From the NCBI GenBank assembly GCA_964482955.1, contig CAYZZW010000003.1, positions 68,676 to 132,675 on the forward strand: a stretch of DNA of 64,000 nt. The letters are read 5' to 3'. Under the pieces are notes generated by a model. That model was not told the origin of the DNA. It worked only from the letters and a program-made list of their open reading frames with translations, and searched no databases. Shown here in pieces: positions 8,847 to 18,590 of this stretch (positions are counted from its first letter, which is position 1; each line of letters starts with the position of its first letter). The stretch is from an uncultured Treponemataceae bacterium. Its GTDB lineage: Bacteria > Spirochaetota > Spirochaetia > Treponematales > UBA12059. The position numbers and the translations under genes were made by a program.

Positions 8847-9532
8847 AAAAGGAATTTCAAGACGACATGAAGGCGATGCTCGCTCGGCGTTCCCCGGTCG
8901 TCAAAAAGGACGCGCTCGCGAAAGGGCGCGCATTCGCGTTCGCGTTGGCCGCCGCGGCCGTCCTGTCCTCGTGCGGAGCGATCGCCAAGGCGAACAAGGC
9001 GCCCGACGCCGCGCGCGTCCGCGAGGAAGTCGCCTTCATCACGGGCCGGAAGGACGATCCGGCCATCATGACTCTCGACGGCGACCGTATCGTCATTCCG
9101 CCGCAGGTCCTCGTCGGCGTCGGCATCGCCGCGGCGCTCGCGATCGGAGCCCGGTTTTTCATGACGTACGCGGCGTCGCGGAAGGCCGTCGCCCGCGTCG
9201 AAACGGCCGACGACGCGGATATCGCCGCGGAAACCGCGCCGGAGCCGTCGACGCCGGACGAAGCCCTCGCCGCAGCCGAACGCGGCGACTACACGACGGC
9301 CTGTCTCGTCCTCAACCGCGCCGCCGTGGCGCTCGCGGTGGAAGACGAGTCGACGCGCGCGTCGATCTCGAATCGCGAAGTCTACCATTTCCTGCCTGTC
9401 ACGATCCGGTCCGACTTCAGGACGATCTTCCTCAACGCCGAACGGGCGGAGTTCGGCCGGGTGCCCGCGGACGCCGACACGTGGCGGCGCTCGCTCGACG
9501 CGTGGACCGAGTTCAAGGGAGGTTTCGCGTGA
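8843..9532 (+). CDS. DUF4129-domain protein, probable lipoprotein
   Basis: The ATG at 8843 overlaps the upstream stop (ATGA). The frame is that of track ORF 7289..9532. There is a lipobox-like VLSSC near the N-terminus. The C-terminal pattern (ERGDYTTACLVLNRAAVALAV ... FLNAERAEFGRVPADADTWRRSLDAW) resembles DUF4129. Confidence 0.65.
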   Translation: MKKEFQDDMKAMLARRSPVVKKDALAKGRAFAFALAAAAVLSSCGAIAKANKAPDAARVREEVAFITGRKDDPAIMTLDGDRIVIPPQVLVGVGIAAALAIGARFFMTYAASRKAVARVETADDADIAAETAPEPSTPDEALAAAERGDYTTACLVLNRAAVALAVEDESTRASISNREVYHFLPVTIRSDFRTIFLNAERAEFGRVPADADTWRRSLDAWTEFKGGFA

Positions 9533-10770
9533 AGGGGAAACCGGATCGCGTGACGGTCATCGGCGTAGTGGGTGCCGCGCTCATCGCCATCGCCGTCGTG
9601 GCGGGCATCGCGGGCACGGATCGCGTGTTCGATCCCGGCCCGTATCAGACCTTCGCCATCCTCCTCGAACGTCTCGGCTATCCCGTCGGCGGAGTGCCCG
9701 CGGGCGGACTCGATCCCGCCAAGGACGTCGTGCTCGCGCTCGGCGATTACGTCGGAGCGCGAACGGATACGGATGAACCTGCGGCCGTCGACGACGGTCG
9801 GTCGGATGCGGAGGACGACAGCGAGACCTCCGACGAACCGGAACGGGACTCTTTCGACGAAGCCGAAACCGAAGCGCCGGCGGAGGACGCGTTCTTTTCC
9901 GATCTGTCGGCAGAGCTCGCGGCGGAGCGTTCACTCGTCTCTGATTTCCTCGAACGGGGCGGGCTCGTCATTTCGGCGGGCGCGTCGGGTTTCGAGCGTC
10001 GGGCGATCGAACGTCGACTCGTGCCATATCGGTCCGCGTACGCGGATTTCGAAACGCCGTACGATTCCGTCGTGCGCGGCGGCGTCGTGAAGGCGGAAGC
10101 GGCCTTCGCGCCCGCGTCCGGCGCGACGCTCGTGGCGGCCGCGAACGACCGCGCTTATGCCGTCACGGTGCCGGTCGGGAAAGGCCTGCTCGTTCATTTC
10201 GCGGACGACGCGTGTTTCCTCTCCGATGGCGTATTCAGCGCGGAAGGTCCGGTGCTGATCAACGAGTTCCTTCGAGGTCGCTGGGGCGGGCGCGTGTTCT
10301 TTTACGGTCGCACGGTCGTGGCGAAAACCTCGTCGTCGTTTTTCAGATCCCTCGCGGTGCCTGAGATCGCGCTCGTGGCCTCGCTCGCCGCGGTCGTCGT
10401 CCTCGCGGGCGCGGCGTCGCTCGCGATCGGAACCGAAGGCGCCAGGCGATCGATCCCGACGGAGCGTCGCTCGGTGCTGACGCAGACGCGCGCGGTGGCC
10501 GATTTCTACCGGAAGAACGGATCGTACGCGCACGCGGACCGCTTTCTCGCGCGCCGTTTCTGGCGCTTTCTCGAAAGCACCGCTCCGGCCGCGGCCGATC
10601 TCGACGAAGCGGCCAGGACTGTCGGCGCGGCCATTGGCGCGGATCCGGACGAGCTGTCGCGGCTTGCCATGCACGTCGACGGCTGCGACGAAAAAACGTT
10701 CGAAGAACGGCGCCGCGCGAGGGCGCGGCACGTCGATTCGATCAGGAAACGATACGGACGGACCGCGTGA
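9529..10770 (+). CDS. Membrane protein, DUF4350-like by position in the conserved MoxR cluster
   Basis: The GTG at 9529 overlaps the upstream stop (GTGA). The frame is that of track ORF 8434..10770. It has an N-terminal TM (VIGVVGAALIAIAVVAGIAG), an acidic low-complexity insert (DDGRSDAEDDSETSDEPERDSFDEAETEAPAED) and a second TM near residue 290. The family label rests on synteny, not on a motif I can verify. Confidence 0.55.
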   Translation: MKGKPDRVTVIGVVGAALIAIAVVAGIAGTDRVFDPGPYQTFAILLERLGYPVGGVPAGGLDPAKDVVLALGDYVGARTDTDEPAAVDDGRSDAEDDSETSDEPERDSFDEAETEAPAEDAFFSDLSAELAAERSLVSDFLERGGLVISAGASGFERRAIERRLVPYRSAYADFETPYDSVVRGGVVKAEAAFAPASGATLVAAANDRAYAVTVPVGKGLLVHFADDACFLSDGVFSAEGPVLINEFLRGRWGGRVFFYGRTVVAKTSSSFFRSLAVPEIALVASLAAVVVLAGAASLAIGTEGARRSIPTERRSVLTQTRAVADFYRKNGSYAHADRFLARRFWRFLESTAPAAADLDEAARTVGAAIGADPDELSRLAMHVDGCDEKTFEERRRARARHVDSIRKRYGRTA

Positions 10771-10809
10771 CCTTCGTCGCGCGGGAATCCTTTTGACGGG
10801 GAGCGAAGC

Positions 10810-11775
10810 ATGGAAGACGCCCTGACGGGTGAAGTGGCGAAGACGGCGGAAGCCGTCCGCCAGGCGGTGGGCAAGGCGGTGAAAGGTCTCGACGCGCAGG
10901 TCAACGCGACGCTCGTCGCGTTCATGGCCGGGGGACACGTTCTTATCGAGGGGCCGCCGGGCACCGGCAAGACCCTGCTCGCGCGCGCGCTGGCGAAGAG
11001 CCTCGGGCTTTCGCACGCGCGCGTGCAATTCACGCCGGATCTCACGCCGACGGACATCATCGGCGCCACCGTGTACGAGCGCTCGTCGGAGCGCTTCCGC
11101 TTCGAGAAGGGACCCGTCTTCACCGACATCCTCCTCGCCGACGAGATCAACCGCGCCCCGCCCAAGACGCAAGCCGCGCTCCTCGAGGCGATGCAGGAGC
11201 GCTCCGTCTCGGTGAACCGCGAAAGCATGGAGCTGGGCCGCCGCTTTTTCGTCATGGCCACGGAAAATCCCGTGGAGATGGAAGGCACGTATCCCCTGCC
11301 CGAAGCCCAGCTGGACCGTTTCATGATGAAGCTGGCCATCGACAGCCCGGCGCTCGACGCGGAGCTCGAGATACTCCGCTCCGTGCGCGACGGCGCGCGC
11401 TCCGACATCCTCGACCTGTCCGCCGTGACGACGGTGACGGACGCGGCCGCGGTGGACCGTCTCCGCGAAACCGTGCGAGTCGTCACCGTCGAGGACGCCA
11501 TGCTGGGCTACATCGCCTCGATCGTCCGCGGCACACGGGAGGCGTACGGCGTCGAGCTCGGCTGTTCGCCGCGCGCGGGCGTGGCCCTGCTCGCCGCCGC
11601 GCGCGCCGCCGCCGCCATGGAAGGCCGCGGTTTCGTGGTGCCGGACGACGTGAAGTCGCTCGCCCCCGCGGTCCTGCCGCACCGCGTCATCGTCACCGCC
11701 GAGGCGGAACTCGAGGGCCTCAGGCCGGCCGAGATCGTGCGCCGCGTCCTCGAGAGCGTCGAAGTGCCGCGATGA
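10810..11775 (+). CDS. MoxR-family AAA+ ATPase
   Basis: 321-aa ORF. Walker A is LIEGPPGTGKTLLARALA and Walker B/sensor region is ILLADEINRAPPKTQAALLEAMQERSVSV, typical of MoxR/RavA-type AAA+ proteins. Confidence 0.9.
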   Translation: MEDALTGEVAKTAEAVRQAVGKAVKGLDAQVNATLVAFMAGGHVLIEGPPGTGKTLLARALAKSLGLSHARVQFTPDLTPTDIIGATVYERSSERFRFEKGPVFTDILLADEINRAPPKTQAALLEAMQERSVSVNRESMELGRRFFVMATENPVEMEGTYPLPEAQLDRFMMKLAIDSPALDAELEILRSVRDGARSDILDLSAVTTVTDAAAVDRLRETVRVVTVEDAMLGYIASIVRGTREAYGVELGCSPRAGVALLAAARAAAAMEGRGFVVPDDVKSLAPAVLPHRVIVTAEAELEGLRPAEIVRRVLESVEVPR

Positions 11776-13121
11776 TCCCGAAGCCGCGCGCGCGCCTCAT
11801 CGTCCTGTCCGCGCTCCCGCTCGCCGTCGGCGCGCTCGGCACCGCCGTGCCGTACCTGCTCGGACTGCAGCCATTCCGCCATGTCGGCACGGCCGCGTAT
11901 CTCGCGCTCGGCTGCGTCGCGCTCGCGGCCGTCGTGGACGCTGTGGTGTCCTCGCGGGGAAGTCCTCCGCGCGTCCTCCTCGGACGGAGCGACGGGCTCG
12001 CGCTCGGTAAACGCGCCACCGTCGAGTTCCTGCTCGAGCCCGGAGCGGCGAGGGGGCGGCGAATCACGCTGTCGCCCGACGAAGGGCCGTGGCTCGCGTG
12101 GCTCGCGCCCTCCCTGACCGTGACCGCAGGATCGCGCGACGCGGACGAACCGACCGTGGTCTCGTTCGCCGGAACCGCGTCGCGCCGCGGTCCGTTTTCG
12201 GTCGGCACGGTCCGCGTGTCCTGGCCGTCCCGGTTGGGCCTCTTCGCCATGGTCGAAGACGCTTCCGTCGACGGAAGGCTCGTCGTGTTGCCCGCGCTCG
12301 AGGGGCTCGAGCGGGCCCGTTCCCGTTCGCGGCGCGGCGTCAACCGCGAAAACGGCATGCGTAAGACGCGGAGCTTCGGCGAGGACGGCGAAACCGAGGG
12401 CCTCCGCGAGTACGAGCCCGGCGAGGACGCGCGTCGCATAGACTGGAAGTCGTCCGCGCGAACGGAGGAGACGCTCGTCCGCGTGCGCCACTCGAGTTCG
12501 CGCTCGCGCGTCGTGTTCGCGATCGACTCGGGCCGGCTCATGGCCGCCGAGCGGGAAGGGCGCTCGGCCCTCGACCACGCGCTCGCGGCGTTCCTCGCGG
12601 CGGGCGACACCGCGCTCCGCGCCGGCGATTCCGTGTCGGCGTGCGCGTTCGCCGGCGGCATCGTGTCCGAGCTCGGAGAAGTGGCGTCGAACTCGTCGCT
12701 CGCCAGGCTCGCGCGCTTCTCGTCCGAACTCGAAGTGTCGAACGTGGAATCGGACTTCGTCCAGCTGTCGGGCTGGCTCAGGCGTCGGCTCGGGAAGCGC
12801 TCGCTCGTCGTGGTCGTGACCGAGGCGTCGGACACGATGCCGATCGAGGCGATGGAGCGGGCGGCCCGAGCCGTCTCGTCGCGCCACGCCCTCGTCATCG
12901 CCTTCCTCCGCGACCGCACGCTCGAGGAAGCCGCAGCCGACCGCTCCGACGGCGAGGTGGCCGGCTTCCGCGCCGCCGCCGCCGCCGAACTGCTCGAGCT
13001 CCGCGACGAAGCCGTCTCGCGCCTCCGCCGCCACGCCACCGTGATCGTCGCCCGCGCCTCCGACCTCCCCGACGCCGTCGTCAACGCGTATCTCGAGGCG
13101 AAGGCGCACAACCGCGCGTGA
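11772..13121 (+). CDS. DUF58-domain protein (usual MoxR partner)
   Basis: 449-aa ORF whose start overlaps the moxR stop by 4 nt. It carries the DUF58 signature GLREYEPGEDARRIDWKSSARTEETLVRV and two N-terminal TM segments. Confidence 0.85.
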   Translation: MIPKPRARLIVLSALPLAVGALGTAVPYLLGLQPFRHVGTAAYLALGCVALAAVVDAVVSSRGSPPRVLLGRSDGLALGKRATVEFLLEPGAARGRRITLSPDEGPWLAWLAPSLTVTAGSRDADEPTVVSFAGTASRRGPFSVGTVRVSWPSRLGLFAMVEDASVDGRLVVLPALEGLERARSRSRRGVNRENGMRKTRSFGEDGETEGLREYEPGEDARRIDWKSSARTEETLVRVRHSSSRSRVVFAIDSGRLMAAEREGRSALDHALAAFLAAGDTALRAGDSVSACAFAGGIVSELGEVASNSSLARLARFSSELEVSNVESDFVQLSGWLRRRLGKRSLVVVVTEASDTMPIEAMERAARAVSSRHALVIAFLRDRTLEEAAADRSDGEVAGFRAAAAAELLELRDEAVSRLRRHATVIVARASDLPDAVVNAYLEAKAHNRA

Positions 13122-13192
13122 CGCGCGCCATAAAACAAGATCAAATAGTACAACTTATCGCATGATTCTCTTTATCATGGCTGGGATCGATT

Positions 13193-13387
13193 TCAGGTCT
13201 GGGGAGTGGTATCGGAAGTCTTTCGTGTTTTCTTTTCGGACCCAAATTGCGCGTATCCCGGCGCGCTGGCGCCCGCGATGTCGGCTTCGAAGCTGTCCCC
13301 GAGCGACAGCCGTTCGGCGAGCGTGCCGGACCAGACGCCGGCGCGATACGCCAGCGTGCCGTCGAAGTCCCAGAGCAGGGTTTGCAT
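13193..13387 (-). pseudogene. Truncated HAD-superfamily hydrolase (5' remnant)
   Basis: The 64-aa ORF begins MQTLLWDFDGTLAYRAGVWSGTLAE, which is HAD motif I (DxDGT). After about 45 residues it runs into AT-rich non-homologous sequence and stops. Full-length HAD enzymes are about 200 aa or more. It starts 6 nt after the Nudix gene stop. Confidence 0.5.
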
Positions 13388-13393
13388 CGTGAA

Positions 13394-13903
13394 CTACCTT
13401 TCGCAGTACTCGAATAGATCGTCAACATACGGCGATACGTCAGGTACGAACCGCCCGTTTTTCAGCAATTCCGATATTTCCTTCTTGTCGGCGATTCTGT
13501 ACTCGGTGACTTCCTCTTCTTGAAAATCGATTTCCGCGACATCCCTTTCGTATCTCGCGATAAAGACGTCGACGAAATGATTGCTGAAGCGGTTCAAGCC
13601 CTTCAAGGTCCGGAAGAGGGCGATATCGCCGGAGTCGATGTTCAATCCCGTCTCTTCCCGAATCTCTCGAATGGCGGACTGAACGCTTTCCTCTCCCGAT
13701 ACGACGCTGCCGGTCGTTTCCCACAGACCGGGATAGATATCCTTGTCCGGGGATCTTTTTGTTATCAAGAATCTCCCGTTTTTGAGCCGAATCCAGGCAT
13801 GGACGATCAGGTGGAATTCGTCGGGCGCCGAAGGTTCGCCGCGACGCATCGTCTTGCCGGTCTTCCGTCTCGTCGAATCGTATACGTCCCAAAGCTCTGC
13901 CAT
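13394..13903 (-). CDS. Nudix hydrolase
   Basis: 169-aa ORF with the Nudix box GSVVSGEESVQSAIREIREETGL. GC content is visibly lower than the neighbours (29/60 on the line at 13441). Confidence 0.85.
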   Translation of the reverse strand: MAELWDVYDSTRRKTGKTMRRGEPSAPDEFHLIVHAWIRLKNGRFLITKRSPDKDIYPGLWETTGSVVSGEESVQSAIREIREETGLNIDSGDIALFRTLKGLNRFSNHFVDVFIARYERDVAEIDFQEEEVTEYRIADKKEISELLKNGRFVPDVSPYVDDLFEYCER

Positions 13904-14020
13904 CGGCTCTCCCTAATGTTCTCGTTTCGCGTTTCGTCCTTGATATGGTCAAAAGAAAAACAGGAGGACCTTCCGCGCCGCAGAACGTCAGCCTAAGCTC
14001 CGCGAGTATCCTCTCTGTAT

Positions 14021-14145
14021 ACCCCTATTCAACCCCCTTCTTCTTGTTCCCTCTCTTCCGCCCTCTTCCCCTCTTCTCCGTGCCCGACGCTCGAGTACTC
14101 GCTAAGCTTCGCTCCGTGGCCTAACTCTCCGTGGCTCCGTGGTCC
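14021..14145. repeat. Solo copy of the same repeat family as 3129-3336
   Basis: It starts with ACCCCTATT, identical to 3279-3287 at the inner edge of the right arm of the first element. A pyrimidine-rich stretch follows, then four CTCCGTG heptamers (14076, 14112, 14127, 14135) that parallel the four CTTCGTG heptamers of the first element. No inverted partner was seen. Confidence 0.5.
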
Positions 14146-14227
14146 CTCCGATGCGAGCCGCCCAAGAGCCGAAGCCGTGACGCCCCCCGCCTTTGCACGG
14201 CGGGCCACTTCCGGCTAATATGCCCTC

Positions 14228-15616
14228 ATGAGCGACTACAACACCTACCTTTCGCCGTATTCGTGGCGCTACGCCAGCGGAGAGATGCGTTCCCTCTGGA
14301 GCGAGCGTGACAAGCGCCTGCTCTGGCGCAGGATCTGGTGCGCCCTGGCGCGCGTGCAGTCCGGCTTCGGGCTCGTGAAGCCGGAGCAGGTCGCCGAGCT
14401 GGAAGCCAAGGCCGGCGAAATAGACATCGCGCGGTCAATCGCCATCGAGGAAGAGCTCAAGCACGACCTGATGGCCGAGGTGCGCGCCTTCGCGGAAAAG
14501 TGCCCGACGGCGGGCGGCGTCATCCACCTGGGCGCCACGTCGATGGACATCGAGGACAACGCGGACGCCCTCCGCATGCGCGCGGCGCTCGATATCGTCA
14601 TCAAGAAACTCGCGGACCTTCTCGGCGCCTTCGCGGCGAAGATCGACGAGCACGCGGACACGCCGGTCATGGCCTTCACGCACCTCCAGCCCGCGGAGCC
14701 GACGACCCTCGGCTACCGCTTCGCCATGTGGGCGCAGGACCTGCTCGCGGATTACCGCGCGCTCGTCCGCGTCAGGGCGGACTTGAAGGGGAAGGGTTTC
14801 AAGGGCGCCGTCGGCACGGCGGCATCCTACGCGGAGCTCCTCGGGATGGACAAGGTCGACGCCTTCGAGCGGGCGATGTCGAAGGCCCTCGACCTGCCGT
14901 TCTTCCCCATCGCCACGCAGACCTACCCGCGTCGCCAGGACTACGACGTCGTGAGCGCGCTCGCGGGTCTCGGCGCGAGCCTCCACAAGTTCGCGTTCGA
15001 TCTCCGCGTGCTCCAGTCGCCGCCGGTCGGCGAGCTGTCCGAGCCCTTCGGCGCCAAGCAGGTCGGGTCGTCGGCCATGCCCTTCAAGCGCAACCCGATC
15101 AACGCGGAGAAGATCGACTCGCTGTCGCGCGCGCTGTCGGTGCTGCCGCAGGTGGCGTGGCAGAACGCCGCGCAGTCGCTCCTCGAGCGCACGTTGGACG
15201 ATTCCGCCAACCGCCGGAGCATGCTGCCGGAAGCCTTCCTCGCGTGCGACGAGCTCCTCATCGTCGCGAAGAAGCTCGTGACCGGCGTGCAGGTCAGCCT
15301 CGAGTCGATCCAGCGGACGATGGACGCGTACGGACCGTTCGCGTCCACCGAGCGCGTGATGATGGCCGCCGCCAAGAAGGGCGCCGACCGCCAGGAGTGC
15401 CACGAACGCCTGCGCGAACTCGCGCTCGCGGCGTGGGCGGAGGTGCGCCTCGGAAAGCCGAACCCGCTCGCGGCCAACGTCGCGAAGGACACGTTCTTCG
15501 GTCGCTACCTCGATTCGTCGACCATCGCCTCTCTTATGAAGGAAGGCCACTACGCCGGCACCGCGCCCGCGCGCGCGCGCGACCTGGCCAGGGAGATACG
15601 GTCGGCCGTCGGCTGA
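14228..15616 (+). CDS. purB: Adenylosuccinate lyase
   Basis: 462-aa ORF with a fumarate-lyase-family signature (GSSAMPFKRNPINAEK) and a PurB-like N-terminus (YLSPYSWRYASGEMRSLWSE). Confidence 0.9.
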   Translation: MSDYNTYLSPYSWRYASGEMRSLWSERDKRLLWRRIWCALARVQSGFGLVKPEQVAELEAKAGEIDIARSIAIEEELKHDLMAEVRAFAEKCPTAGGVIHLGATSMDIEDNADALRMRAALDIVIKKLADLLGAFAAKIDEHADTPVMAFTHLQPAEPTTLGYRFAMWAQDLLADYRALVRVRADLKGKGFKGAVGTAASYAELLGMDKVDAFERAMSKALDLPFFPIATQTYPRRQDYDVVSALAGLGASLHKFAFDLRVLQSPPVGELSEPFGAKQVGSSAMPFKRNPINAEKIDSLSRALSVLPQVAWQNAAQSLLERTLDDSANRRSMLPEAFLACDELLIVAKKLVTGVQVSLESIQRTMDAYGPFASTERVMMAAAKKGADRQECHERLRELALAAWAEVRLGKPNPLAANVAKDTFFGRYLDSSTIASLMKEGHYAGTAPARARDLAREIRSAVG

Positions 15617-15710
15617 CAGCGTCGTTTTGTATACGGAATACGCGCGGAGCGGAGCGCGTTAAGCGATGCGAACGCTTGACGCGCGCGCGTTTCCGGTGGT
15701 AATAGTTCGC

Positions 15711-18590
15711 ATGGGAAACACGAGCAACGTCTACCGCTTCGTACAGCGGCCCAAGCGACCGGGAGGAGCGCGTTCCGCAGGCCTTTTGGCCGACGCGCGC
15801 GCGCTCGGATTGTCGAAGGTTCGGGCCGTGCGCTGCGCGGACCTGTATTTCATACGGGGTACTTTGACGCCCGGGGAGCAAGAGCTTCTCGGGCGTTCCC
15901 TTTTTTGCGACCCCGTCGTCGAGACCGTCGAGTTCGGTAACGGTCCCTTCCAGGGGCCGCCCGCCGGCGCGCGCCGCGTCGAGGTGGCGTTCCGCCCGGG
16001 CGTGACCGACCCGGTGGCGGCGGAGATCGTCCGCGCGGCGAAGGAACTCGGCGTGAACGGCGTCGAGGCGGCCACAACCGGCAGCTGCTACGACATCGAG
16101 GGCGAAAGCCTTTCGGACGCGGATCTCGCGCTCGTCGCCGACCGCCTGTTGGCCAATCCCGTCATCCAGCGCTGGTCGCTCGGGCGGATCGAGCCGCACT
16201 TCGCCGAGACGGCGGCGGCTTCGTCGGAGGTCGAGCGCTTCGATATCGCCTCGATGGACGACGACGCGCTCATGGCGCTCTCGAACGAACGCCGCGCCGC
16301 GCTCGACCTGGACGAGATGAAGGCCGTGCGCGGGTTCTTCCGCGCCGAAAAGCGGACCTGCACCGACGTCGAGTTCGAGATGATCGCCCAGACCTGGAGC
16401 GAGCACTGCGTGCACAAGACCTTCCGCGCGCGCATCGACGTGGACGCGCCGCAGCCGAATCCGTACGGCGGGCAGGTCGACAACATCCTCAAGACCTTCA
16501 TTAAAAAGGCGACCGACGAGATCGACGCGCCGTGGGTGCTGTCGGCCTTCGTCGACAACGCCGGCGTCATCGAGTTCGACGACGAGTACGAAGTGTCGTT
16601 CAAGGTTGAGACGCACAACCATCCGTCGGCCATCGAGCCCTTCGGCGGCGCGAACACGGGCGTCGGCGGCGTCATCCGCGACGTGGTGGGCGTGTCGGCC
16701 CGGCCCATCGCGGCCACGGACGTGCTCTGCTTCGGCCCCCTCGACACGCCGGTGGAGAGCCTGCCCGCGGGCGTCATCCATCCGCGCCTCGTGTTCTCCG
16801 GCGTCGTCTCCGGCGTGCAGGACTACGGCAACAAGATCGGCATCCCCACGGTGAACGGCGGCGTGCGCTTCGACCCGGGCTACACCGCGAACCCGCTCGT
16901 GTACTGCGGCTGCGTCGGCCTGGCGCCCCGCGGGCTCCGCAAGAGCGAGGCGAAGGCGGGCGACCGCGTCGTGCTCCTGGGCGGCGCCACCGGCCGAGAC
17001 GGCATACGCGGCGCCACGTTCTCTTCCATGACGATGGACTCGTCCACCGGCGAAGTGGCGGGCGCGTCCGTGCAGATCGGCGACCCGGTCGTCGAGAAGA
17101 AAACCACCGAAGTGATCATCCAGGCCCGCGACCTCGGGTTGTATTCTGCGATCACGGACTGCGGCGCGGGCGGCTTGTCCTCCGCGGTCGGCGAAATGGC
17201 GCAGACCCTCGGCGCCGACATCGACCTCGACGCGGTGCCGCTCAAGTACCCCGGTCTCGTGCCGTGGGAAGTGTGGCTCTCCGAGGCGCAGGAGCGCATG
17301 GTCCTCGCCGTGCCCGAGAAGAACATGGCGAAGCTCCGCGAACTCTGCGAGCGCAACGACGTGGACATGACGGACCTCGGTCCCTTCACGGGAAAGGGCC
17401 GGCTCGTCGTGAAGCACGGCGGCAAGGCGGCGCTCGACCTGCCCGGCGAGTTCCTCCACAAGGGACTGCCCCAGCGGAAGCTCAAGGCCGCACCGCCCGC
17501 GAAGAAGCCCGAGACGAAAAAAGCGTCCGGTTCGATCGATCCGAAGGCCGCGCTCCTTTCGCTCCTCGGACACCCGAACGTCGGCTCGCGCGAAAGCGTC
17601 GTGCGGCTCTACGACCACGAAATCCAGGGGGCCACCTGCGTGAAGCCCTTCGAAGGCCCCGAGCGCGACGGTCCCTCGGACGCCGCGGTGCTCAAGCCGC
17701 TCGAGACGAAGGGGACCACGGCGGTCGCCGTCTCGAATGGCTTCAATCCCGACTACGGCGCCGACCCGTACCGCATGGCGCTGTCCGCGGTGGACGAAGC
17801 CGTGCGCAACGTCGTGGCCACCGGCGCCGACCCGGACCGCGTCGCCATCCTCGACAACTTCTGCTGGGGCGATCCCAAGCGGCCAGAAAACATGTGGTCG
17901 CTCCTCGAAGCCGCGCGCGGCTGCAAGGACGCCGCGATCGCGCATCGCGCACCCTTCGTCTCCGGCAAGGACTCGTTCAACAACGAGTACAAGGCGGCGG
18001 ACGGCCAGCGCGTCTCCATCCCGCCCTCGCTCCTCATCTCCGCCATCGCGATCGTGCCGGACGTCGGCCGCAAGGTGACGATGGACTTGAAGAAGCCGGG
18101 GAACCCGCTCTACCTCGTCGGCGAATGGAAGCCGGTCGCGGGCGGCAGCCTCGTCGCCAAGCTCTACGGAGTCCCGGCGGGCGCGTCCGTCGAAGTGCCG
18201 GACGCGTCGCCGAGAGCGCACGACGCGTACAAGTCGCTCCACAGGGCGATGTCGGGCGGCCTCGTCGTCGCGTGCCACGACCTCTCCGAGGGCGGCCTCG
18301 GCGTCGCGGTGGCGGAGATGTGCATCGGCGGGCGCCTCGGCGCCGCGCTCGACCTGCCGGCCGGGGACGCGATCATCAATCTGTACGGAGAGACGAACGG
18401 CTGCCTCGTCGCGGAAGTGCCCGCGGGCAAGGCCGCGGAGTTCGAAAAGGCGATGGCCGGAGCGCCCTGCGCGAAGATCGGCCGCGTGACGGACGACGGA
18501 ACGCTCGCTGTGAAGGGAGCCGCGTCGTTCGCGGTCCCGGTGGCGACGCTCGTGGACGCCTGGAAGGGCGCGATCGGAGGTGGGAAATGA
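15711..18590 (+). CDS. purL: Phosphoribosylformylglycinamidine synthase, synthetase subunit with a fused N-terminal PurS-like extension
   Basis: Track ORF 15666..18590. I prefer the ATG at 15711 (MGNTSNVYRF...), with 15666 as the alternative. The FGAM synthase II core has QTWSEHCVHKTF and a duplicated AIR-synthase-like fold. It is preceded by about 190 aa resembling the PurS/linker region of large PurL proteins. Confidence 0.9.
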   Translation: MGNTSNVYRFVQRPKRPGGARSAGLLADARALGLSKVRAVRCADLYFIRGTLTPGEQELLGRSLFCDPVVETVEFGNGPFQGPPAGARRVEVAFRPGVTDPVAAEIVRAAKELGVNGVEAATTGSCYDIEGESLSDADLALVADRLLANPVIQRWSLGRIEPHFAETAAASSEVERFDIASMDDDALMALSNERRAALDLDEMKAVRGFFRAEKRTCTDVEFEMIAQTWSEHCVHKTFRARIDVDAPQPNPYGGQVDNILKTFIKKATDEIDAPWVLSAFVDNAGVIEFDDEYEVSFKVETHNHPSAIEPFGGANTGVGGVIRDVVGVSARPIAATDVLCFGPLDTPVESLPAGVIHPRLVFSGVVSGVQDYGNKIGIPTVNGGVRFDPGYTANPLVYCGCVGLAPRGLRKSEAKAGDRVVLLGGATGRDGIRGATFSSMTMDSSTGEVAGASVQIGDPVVEKKTTEVIIQARDLGLYSAITDCGAGGLSSAVGEMAQTLGADIDLDAVPLKYPGLVPWEVWLSEAQERMVLAVPEKNMAKLRELCERNDVDMTDLGPFTGKGRLVVKHGGKAALDLPGEFLHKGLPQRKLKAAPPAKKPETKKASGSIDPKAALLSLLGHPNVGSRESVVRLYDHEIQGATCVKPFEGPERDGPSDAAVLKPLETKGTTAVAVSNGFNPDYGADPYRMALSAVDEAVRNVVATGADPDRVAILDNFCWGDPKRPENMWSLLEAARGCKDAAIAHRAPFVSGKDSFNNEYKAADGQRVSIPPSLLISAIAIVPDVGRKVTMDLKKPGNPLYLVGEWKPVAGGSLVAKLYGVPAGASVEVPDASPRAHDAYKSLHRAMSGGLVVACHDLSEGGLGVAVAEMCIGGRLGAALDLPAGDAIINLYGETNGCLVAEVPAGKAAEFEKAMAGAPCAKIGRVTDDGTLAVKGAASFAVPVATLVDAWKGAIGGGK

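Noticed and set aside
13904-14227. Purine or ZTP riboswitch in the leader of purB
   Set aside because: I could not find the conserved purine-riboswitch junction sequences or the ZTP 3' element (CCGCCTGGGC-like). The only local structure is a short hairpin, CCCGCC-TTTGCAC-GGCGGG, at about 14186-14204. An Infernal scan would be decisive.
15666-15710. An upstream ATG that would extend purL by 15 codons
   Set aside because: The extension (MRTLDARAFPVVIVR) has no counterpart in my recollection of PurL N-termini, and it overlaps a promoter-like TTGACG-N18-TAATAG. It is kept only as an alternative start.
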